NCBI GenBank assembly: GCA_041483195.1
Contig: JBGPFC010000002.1
Location: 96,001-160,000 of the forward strand
Direction of reading: 5' to 3'
From: Candidatus Eiseniibacteriota bacterium
GTDB lineage: Bacteria; Eisenbacteria; RBG-16-71-46
DNA: 64,000 nt
Shown piece after piece: positions 33,419-39,611 of the stretch. Position 1 is the stretch's first letter, and each line of letters opens with the position of its first letter. The notes under the pieces were generated by a model. That model made no database searches, was not told the DNA's origin, and saw only the letters and a list, made by a program, of their open reading frames with translations. A program made the position numbers and the translations under genes.

Positions 33419-34699
33419 GTGGTCGTCGTGAGCTATTCGGGCAAGGAGATCAACGCCAAGCTGGTGTACTACGGATGCGGCTTGAGCGGCAAGACCACGA
33501 ATCTCGAATCCATCTACGAGGCGGTGCCGGACACCAGCCGCGGGAAGATGGTGAGCATGAAGACTCAGTCGGATCGAACCCTCTTCTTCGATCTGTTGCC
33601 GCTCGATCTCGGCGAGATCATGGGATTCAAGACGCGATTCCTGCTGTACACCGTGCCGGGCCAGGTCTTCTACAACGCGACCCGCAAGCTGGTGCTGAAG
33701 GGTGCGGACGCCATCGTGTTCGTCGCCGACAGCGAGGTCGGCAAGATGGAGGAGAACAAGGAGAGCCTCGCGAATCTCCGCGCGAACCTCTCGGAATACG
33801 GCCTCAGCCTCGACAACATTCCCTACGTCATTCAGTACAACAAGCGCGATCTGCCAAACGTCTACACGCTCGATGAGCTGAACGCCGAGGTCAATCCGGG
33901 CGGCAAGGTGCCGTTCTTCGAAGCGGTCGCGAAGGACGGACGGGGCGTGTTCGAGACGTTCCGCGGGATCTCGCACCTGCTGATGGAGAAGGTGACGCGG
34001 GACTTGAGGCGCAGCACCGGCGGCGGGCCGGCCCAGCGCCCGGCGGCCGAGATGCCTCCCGAAGCCAGGCCCGAGCTCGCGCATCCCGCCCAGCCGCTCG
34101 CGCCTCCCAACGTGCCCGCGCACCTCGCGGCGCGCGAAATGCCAGAGGCCCCGGCGCTCGCGAGCGGGGTCGATTATGGCCGCGAGATCGAGCTTCCCGG
34201 CGCGCGCGCGGCCGCGGCCCAGGCGGCGCAGGGCGCCGCCACTCCACAGGCCGCGCCCGTCACCTCCGCATTCGCCTCACCCGCGCCGATCGCTTCGGCC
34301 CCGGTCGCGGCCGCTCCGGTTCGCCAGGCCGAGGCCGCTCCGGTCGCGCCTCCGAGACCTCACCAGCCCGAGGTCGCGTCCGCTCCGGCGCCAGCCGCGC
34401 CGGCACGTGGCGCGACTCCGCACCCGAAGGCGGAAAGCGCCTCGCAGCCGGCTGCGAGCGGTCGCTTCGCCGCCGAGAGCGCGCCTCCCGCTCCGCGCCA
34501 CGAGGGCGCGTCGGCCGGAACCGCGACGGCGCACGCCGTGCGCGCGGCCATCGTCGACGCAACCCATCCGGCGTCATCGCCGGCCTCTCCGGGGCTGGCC
34601 CAGCGCATGGATTCCGAGGAGCTCATCGTTCCGATCCGGCTCGGTGTCAAGGGCACGCACGAGATCGTGCTGCGCATCGTGCTCAAGCTCGAGGGCTGA
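33419..34699 (+). CDS. mglA: MglA-family small GTPase with long Pro/Ala-rich C-terminal extension
   Basis: SD GGAGG plus GTG; 'EINAKLVYYGCGLSGKTTNL', 'DRTLFFD', 'LYTVPGQVFY', 'QYNKRDLP'. Confidence 0.9.
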   Translation: MVVVSYSGKEINAKLVYYGCGLSGKTTNLESIYEAVPDTSRGKMVSMKTQSDRTLFFDLLPLDLGEIMGFKTRFLLYTVPGQVFYNATRKLVLKGADAIVFVADSEVGKMEENKESLANLRANLSEYGLSLDNIPYVIQYNKRDLPNVYTLDELNAEVNPGGKVPFFEAVAKDGRGVFETFRGISHLLMEKVTRDLRRSTGGGPAQRPAAEMPPEARPELAHPAQPLAPPNVPAHLAAREMPEAPALASGVDYGREIELPGARAAAAQAAQGAATPQAAPVTSAFASPAPIASAPVAAAPVRQAEAAPVAPPRPHQPEVASAPAPAAPARGATPHPKAESASQPAASGRFAAESAPPAPRHEGASAGTATAHAVRAAIVDATHPASSPASPGLAQRMDSEELIVPIRLGVKGTHEIVLRIVLKLEG

Positions 34700-34769
34700 G
34701 GTCCGCGTCGGCGCACGCGTTACGGATCCGACAAGTCTTCTCCAACCCGTCCGTTCCCCGAGATGCGTG

Positions 34770-34798
34770 TTGACAGGGGGGCCGCGGGTTCTTAGCTT
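34770..34798 (+). promoter_or_regulatory. Sigma70-type promoter (near-leaderless) for the secreted protein-trpA pair
   Basis: TTGACA-N17-TAGCTT, ending 10 nt before ATG 34809. Confidence 0.65.
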
Positions 34799-34808
34799 GA
34801 GTGCACCC

Positions 34809-35264
34809 ATGAAGGCTCCGATCGTCCTGATCTCCTGCCTGGCGCTGACAGCGGCGCTCTCGGTTCCTGCGTCCCGCGCGTCGGCTAATCCGTTCGGCGG
34901 AACCGGTCCATCCGTTTTCACTCCGCGCGTCCCGATCAGCGCGCTGGCTCGCCCGGTGGCATGGCTCGACCCGTCGCGCTTTCACGTCTCCTCTTCGGTC
35001 AGCATGGGCTCCGGATTCGGCGGCGGAGTGGACGCGCTGCAGACCCTGAGCCTGAGCTATCGATTTGCCGCGCCCGCATGGATGAACGTCAGCCTCGGGA
35101 ACACCTGGGGGCCGGACGCCGCGGGCGGGCGCAACTCGATGTTCCTCGAGGGCGTGGACTTCGCGTTTCGACCGAGCGCCTCGACCTTCTTCGAATTCCG
35201 TTACCAGAATCTAAGGTCGCCTCTCCAGCGTTCGCCGGTCGCCTCGGGATTCTGGGGACCGTAG
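34809..35264 (+). CDS. Secreted beta-strand-rich hypothetical protein
   Basis: Signal peptide 'MKAPIVLISCLALTAALSVPASRASA'; alternating beta patterns 'LSLSYRF', 'FFEFRY'. Confidence 0.7.
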   Translation: MKAPIVLISCLALTAALSVPASRASANPFGGTGPSVFTPRVPISALARPVAWLDPSRFHVSSSVSMGSGFGGGVDALQTLSLSYRFAAPAWMNVSLGNTWGPDAAGGRNSMFLEGVDFAFRPSASTFFEFRYQNLRSPLQRSPVASGFWGP

Positions 35265-35295
35265 CGCCCGCTCCGGGTCCTTCCGGCCTGCGCCC

Positions 35296-36081
35296 GTGAG
35301 CCGCATCGGCACCGCCTTTGCAGCATCGCGCGGCCGCACCGGCCTCATTCCGTACATCACCGCCGGGTACCCGTCGCTCGACGCCTCTCTCGACATGATG
35401 CGTGCTCTCGATGGCGCCGGCGCGCTGGCGATCGAGATCGGGATTCCCTTCTCGGATCCGATCGCGGACGGCCCCGACATTCAGCGTGCTTCGGAATGGG
35501 CGCTACGCCAACACGTCGGCGTTCCCCATGTCCTCGACCTGGTCGCTCGGTTTCGCCGCGAGAGCGAGCTTCCGCTCGTCCTGATGACCTATTTCAATCC
35601 GATCCTGCGCGCGGGAGTCGAGGCGTTCGCGGCCGGCGCCAGGGCGGCGGGGGTGGACGGTGTGCTGGTCTCGGATCTGCCGCCCGAGGAGACCCCGGAG
35701 GTGTGGGAGTGCTTCGACCTCGCGGGGATCGACACGGTGGTGCTGGTTGCCCCGACCACCGATTCCCGGAGGCTGCCCCGGCTCGTGGGGCGCAGCCGCG
35801 GATTCGTCTACTGCCTGGCGCGGACCGGCGTCACGGGCTCGAGCGATGGCTACAGCGGCCCGTTGCCGGACCGCGTCGCGGAGTTGAGGCGGCACTCGAC
35901 GCTGCCGGTCGCGGTCGGCTTCGGGATCTCGGGGGCGGGGGACGCACGGGCGATGCGCGAGGTCGCGGATGCGATCGTGGTGGGCGCGGCCTTCATGCGC
36001 GAAGTGGGGCGTGATCTCGAGCGCGGGGCGGACACGCGGGTGCGTGCGCTCGCGGACCAGTTGGTCGCGGCGTTGCGCTGA
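35296..36081 (+). CDS. trpA: Tryptophan synthase alpha chain
   Basis: 'PYITAGYP', 'EIGIPFSDPIADGPDIQ', 'MTYFNP', 'GVTG', 'VGFGIS', 'IVVG'. Confidence 0.96.
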   Translation: MSRIGTAFAASRGRTGLIPYITAGYPSLDASLDMMRALDGAGALAIEIGIPFSDPIADGPDIQRASEWALRQHVGVPHVLDLVARFRRESELPLVLMTYFNPILRAGVEAFAAGARAAGVDGVLVSDLPPEETPEVWECFDLAGIDTVVLVAPTTDSRRLPRLVGRSRGFVYCLARTGVTGSSDGYSGPLPDRVAELRRHSTLPVAVGFGISGAGDARAMREVADAIVVGAAFMREVGRDLERGADTRVRALADQLVAALR

Positions 36082-36087
36082 GGCTCA

Positions 36088-36115
36088 CGCGGGGGGGCAA
36101 TGCGCTCCCCCCGCG
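36088..36115. terminator. GC-rich hairpin between convergent trpA and the small peptide gene
   Basis: CGCGGGGGG...CCCCCCGCG inverted repeat; no U-tract on either strand. Confidence 0.55.
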
Positions 36116-36150
36116 CGGATCTGCGGGTGCGAAGTCGTGGCCGCCGCGTC

Positions 36151-36207
36151 CTAGCGGCGGATCCACCACAGCAGATCGATGTACAACACGATCAGGCCGA
36201 GTTCCAC
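36151..36207 (-). CDS. Unannotated 18-aa hydrophobic peptide MELGLIVLYIDLLWWIRR
   Basis: Perfect SD GGAGGT (36218-13) 5 nt before GTG; GC3-rich codons; upstream sigma28-type promoter. Confidence 0.6.
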   Translation of the reverse strand: MELGLIVLYIDLLWWIRR

Positions 36208-36311
36208 GGTTTACCTCCAACTTCGAGGGTCGCGTTCAAGACGCGGTCAACCGTTCGGATCGGCCGCCCGTGGGTTGGCAGCGCGGGCGGGGGAGGCGGC
36301 GTCCTGCCGTC

Positions 36312-38786
36312 TCACCTCGCAGCTTCGGCAGTCGCGCGATGCAACTTGAGTGCTTTTTGCGTGGCGGGTCCCGCTCCCCGCGCCGGCTCGGTGAGCTGGC
36401 GAAGCACCACCACCGTCAGGTCGTCGAGCGGACGATCGGCGAAGGCGCGCACGGCGGCGAGCAGCGCCTCGAGCACGTCCGCCGCCCGCCTCCCGGGGCA
36501 GGCGTCCAGCACCTCGCGAACCCGGTCGGTCCCGAACAACTCGTCACCGCACTGTGCCTCGGTGAGGCCATCGGTGCAGAGCAGCAGCAGATCTCCGGCT
36601 CCGAGTTCGACCGGCACGTCGGGATAGGTGGCGTCCACGCTCACTCCGAGCAGCACGCCACCATCCGTGAGTTCCTCGAAGCGGCCGTCGCGCCGGCGAA
36701 CCAGCGGCGGGGTGAGGCCCGCGTTCGCGAGCCAGACCCGCCCCCCCCGCACCTCGATGCGCGCGCAGAGGAGTCCCATGAACTTCTCGGGTTGATCGAG
36801 GCCGACCAGCTCGCGATTGAGAACGTCCAGCAGCGCGCCCGGACTCAGCGCGCGCCGCGCTTCGTCGCGGAAGCGCGCCTGCACGCCGGCGAGCACCAGC
36901 GCGGCGGGCACACCCTTCCCGGCCGCGTCACCCACGGCAAGCGTGAAATCGCGGGGCGCGGTCTCCACGAAGTCGTAGTAGTCGCCCCCCACCGACTCGC
37001 ATGAGAGCGTGGCCGCCGCGCAGTCGAGCGTCGGATAGACCGGTGCGCGACGGGGGAGGCGGTGCGCCTGAATGGCGCCGGCCTCGCGCAGCTCGCGCTC
37101 CAGCGCGCCGTGCGAACTGGCTTCGCGCCGCAGCGCGCGATTCTCGAGCGCCACCGCGAGATGGTCGGCGAACCGCTCGAGCTCGCGCGCCTCGAGCTGT
37201 CCGAGCCATGCGCCCGCCAGCCGCCGCCCCAGCAGCAGCAACGCGCGCCGCGGAGACTCGCCGACCGGCACGATCCATCGCACGCCGCCGCGCTCCAGGG
37301 CCATGGCGAGCTCCGCGCCCCCCTCGACCTCGTCGACTCCCACCACGCCGGCGCGATCACCCAGCGCGCGCGCCAGATCGGTTCCACCCGCGGGCAGCGT
37401 CGTTTCCCCGACGTGGCCGGCATCGCGCGCGATCCCGTGCTCGAGCGCCAGCGCCGCGCAACCGTCGAGCCGCAATTCCGCGGCCAGCGTCCCGCATGCC
37501 GTCGAGAGCAGGGGCTCGAGCCCGCCGGGGTGATCCGCACCGCTTCCCACGATCGAAATCACTCCGCTGCTCGCCGGCAACCGCGCACGCAATCCGCGGA
37601 CCCATGCGCTGAGCGGGCCCGCCAGCCCCGCGACCAGCGGAACACTCGCGAGCGCCAGGCCCTCGACCTCCGCGCCCAGTTCGGCGCCGCGGTGCAGGGC
37701 GATCCATTCCCCGCCGAGATACGCGAGCGCGCCCCCCGCGCCGAGCATCAACGCGAGCGAGCCGGCGCGCAGCGCCATCCGGAAATCGAAGATGTGATGA
37801 ACCACCACCGCCCACGCGAACGAAGCCGGCACCAGCAGCGTGAGCATGACCGCCCACCGTTCGCCGGGGACGGCCGTGCCCGGGGAGAGATTGCGGATCA
37901 GGATCAGGGCCGCGAGCGGGCCGGCGCCGAGCACGGTGCCGGCCAGCGCGACGCGCAGACGCCGGCGTTCGTCGGCCGACCGCGCTCGAAAGTAGGATCG
38001 CCCGAAGAGCGCGAGCGCGACGATGAGCCCCAGCGTGAACCACACCGCGGCCGCCACCTGAAGTGCCGCGAATGCCACGTCGGCGCCCGGAAAGGCGCTC
38101 GGTCCCAGCGGCTCGAGGAGCGCGGTCGCAAACAATACCGCAGCGATTCCATAGCCCCATCGAACGCGCGTCTCGAGTCGCCCGCCCCAGCGGGCCGGTT
38201 CTGGGAACATCGCGAAGAAATGGACGAAGAGCGCCGGCAGGAATAGCGTGATGCCCGAGTACGCGGTGCGCCACACGAGCGCGAAGGCCGCCGAACGCAG
38301 CTGGGGGAGCGGCGCGATCAGCCATGCAAACGCGAGGCAGAGCAGGAAGAAGGTGCGCGTGAGCCGGTCGCGCCGCTCGCTCCAAACCAGCCCCGCGAGC
38401 AGCACGAAGCCCGAGCTCACGACCAGCAGCGCCGCGAGCATGCGGCGCTCGGAATCGGGAAGCGGCTCGGCGGCGAGCCAGACCCGATCGCGACGATCCC
38501 CCGCGCGTCGTTCGAGGAGCAGGGGCCGGCCCGGCGCGGCGTCCGCGAGCAGCTCGCGCGCGAGCCACCCTGAATCGGTGGGGCGGCCGGTCGCCGCCAG
38601 GCGGTCGCCCGGCAGTATCCCGGCCCGATCCGCCGGACTTCCGGCGATCACGGCCGCGACACGATCCGACTGGACGATCAGCCCGGTATAAGGCCGGCCG
38701 GGCACGCCAAGGGCCGAGCACGCGAGCACCGAGGCCGCGGGCAAGAGCAGCCAGGCGATCATCCGGGCCGACCATCCGCGATGCAT
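36312..38786 (-). CDS. Membrane PP2C/SpoIIE (RsbU-like) phosphatase: PDZ, multi-TM, GAF-like, SpoIIE
   Basis: PDZ 'GSPADRAGILPGD'; SpoIIE 'VGGDYYD', 'GDAAGKG', 'CTDGL', 'DDLT'; SD GGAGG. Confidence 0.9.
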   Translation of the reverse strand: MHRGWSARMIAWLLLPAASVLACSALGVPGRPYTGLIVQSDRVAAVIAGSPADRAGILPGDRLAATGRPTDSGWLARELLADAAPGRPLLLERRAGDRRDRVWLAAEPLPDSERRMLAALLVVSSGFVLLAGLVWSERRDRLTRTFFLLCLAFAWLIAPLPQLRSAAFALVWRTAYSGITLFLPALFVHFFAMFPEPARWGGRLETRVRWGYGIAAVLFATALLEPLGPSAFPGADVAFAALQVAAAVWFTLGLIVALALFGRSYFRARSADERRRLRVALAGTVLGAGPLAALILIRNLSPGTAVPGERWAVMLTLLVPASFAWAVVVHHIFDFRMALRAGSLALMLGAGGALAYLGGEWIALHRGAELGAEVEGLALASVPLVAGLAGPLSAWVRGLRARLPASSGVISIVGSGADHPGGLEPLLSTACGTLAAELRLDGCAALALEHGIARDAGHVGETTLPAGGTDLARALGDRAGVVGVDEVEGGAELAMALERGGVRWIVPVGESPRRALLLLGRRLAGAWLGQLEARELERFADHLAVALENRALRREASSHGALERELREAGAIQAHRLPRRAPVYPTLDCAAATLSCESVGGDYYDFVETAPRDFTLAVGDAAGKGVPAALVLAGVQARFRDEARRALSPGALLDVLNRELVGLDQPEKFMGLLCARIEVRGGRVWLANAGLTPPLVRRRDGRFEELTDGGVLLGVSVDATYPDVPVELGAGDLLLLCTDGLTEAQCGDELFGTDRVREVLDACPGRRAADVLEALLAAVRAFADRPLDDLTVVVLRQLTEPARGAGPATQKALKLHRATAEAAR
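36322..36349 (-). promoter_or_regulatory. Sigma28-type promoter for the 18-aa peptide gene, inside the last codons of the PP2C gene
   Basis: Minus strand TCAAG-N15-GCCGAAGC, preceded by an A-tract. Confidence 0.55.
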
Positions 38787-38815
38787 CCGTGCCTCCCGGG
38801 TCGAACGGCGGCCCG

Positions 38816-38843
38816 AGGCTAACAGGGCGGCCCCGGCTGTCAA
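38816..38843 (-). promoter_or_regulatory. Sigma70-type promoter for the PP2C gene
   Basis: Minus strand TTGACA-N16-TAGCCT with extended -10 TG. Confidence 0.55.
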
Positions 38844-38858
38844 GATTCACTAGGGGCT

Positions 38859-38887
38859 TTGTAACCGGGCCGGGATGTGGCTATTCT
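38859..38887 (+). promoter_or_regulatory. Sigma70-type promoter for csrA
   Basis: TTGTAA-N17-TATTCT. Confidence 0.5.
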
Positions 38888-38891
38888 CGCC

Positions 38892-38919
38892 TTAAGTGGT
38901 TCAAAGTTCTTGCCGATAC
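38892..38919 (+). promoter_or_regulatory. Sigma28-type promoter for csrA-flgM-like operon
   Basis: TTAAG-N15-GCCGATAC. Confidence 0.7.
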
Positions 38920-38975
38920 GCTGACTGTCCGACGGGTGATTCTCGCCCCGGCACCGGAGCGGAGGAAGCTTCACG

Positions 38976-39230
38976 ATGCTGGTCCTAACAAGGAAGTTAG
39001 GAGAAAACATTCGGATTGGTGACTCGGTGAAGATCACCGTGCTCGAAGTGCGTTCCGGGCAGGTGAAACTCGGAATCGAGGCTCCACCCGAGGTGAAAGT
39101 GCACCGGGAAGAGATTTATGCCCGCATCCAGGAAGAGAATCGGCGCGCACAGCGAACCAAGGTCGGCGGCTCCGAGCCGGCGGCCGCGCCGCGCGACAGC
39201 GAAACGAAGGACCGGCCCGCGCCCGAATGA
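38976..39230 (+). CDS. csrA: Carbon storage regulator CsrA (Asn55 / FliW-type)
   Basis: '[16 protein letters not shown]...[23 protein letters not shown]'. Confidence 0.97.
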   Translation: MLVLTRKLGENIRIGDSVKITVLEVRSGQVKLGIEAPPEVKVHREEIYARIQEENRRAQRTKVGGSEPAAAPRDSETKDRPAPE

Positions 39231-39309
39231 GTCGGTCGCACGCGATCCGGGGCCGTCGCCGCCGGTGGCGGCGCGGCGAGCCGACAACGACCCCATTTCG
39301 CGAGCCAAC

Positions 39310-39510
39310 ATGAAGTCCATCCGTCCTCCATCTCGCAGTCGTCGTCCGCTGCCCCTGCCGGCGCGGCCGCCGTCGACGGTCTTCGCCGAGCCCATCCGCT
39401 GGCCGAACGTCATGACCGCGAGGGCTCGCATCGCGGTGCAGTTCTACGACCGTCCGGACGTGCGTGCCTCGGTCCTGGCAGCTGTGCTGGACGAGTTGAT
39501 GCGCGAGTAG
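39310..39510 (+). CDS. FlgM-like anti-sigma28 factor (66 aa)
   Basis: Disordered N-half followed by 'IRWPNVMTARARIAVQFYDRPDVRASVLAAVLDEL', matching the FlgM C-terminal 'R..kV...r..I..g.Y......a..l' pattern; sigma28 promoter and csrA context. Confidence 0.55.
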   Translation: MKSIRPPSRSRRPLPLPARPPSTVFAEPIRWPNVMTARARIAVQFYDRPDVRASVLAAVLDELMRE

Positions 39511-39542
39511 AATTCGGGTTCGGTGCTCGATGCCGGCCCGGG

Positions 39543-39582
39543 GCGGGGCGGTCGCGGTGTCCGCGGCCGCCCCGCTTGTTAT
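39543..39582 (+). terminator. Intrinsic terminator after csrA-flgM-like
   Basis: 15-bp GC stem (39543-57 / 39561-75) followed by TTGTTAT; overlaps an extended -10 TGtTATACT (39577-85) for the next gene. Confidence 0.7.
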
Positions 39583-39611
39583 ACTGCGCGCTCCATGAGA
39601 GCCAAGTGTCG

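Noticed and set aside
34020..34600. Pro/Ala-rich stretch of mglA as a DNA repeat or frameshifted fusion
   Set aside because: No exact DNA repeats; the frame is continuous to a plausible terminal motif, consistent with a disordered linker
36151..36207. Peptide as a conventional trpL leader of trpA
   Set aside because: It lies downstream of and antisense to trpA, so it cannot be a classical cis leader; only the antisense variant is kept as a speculative finding
39118..39309. Upstream extension of the FlgM-like ORF (130-aa call in the track)
   Set aside because: Overlaps csrA in another frame and is low-complexity; ATG 39310 is preferred
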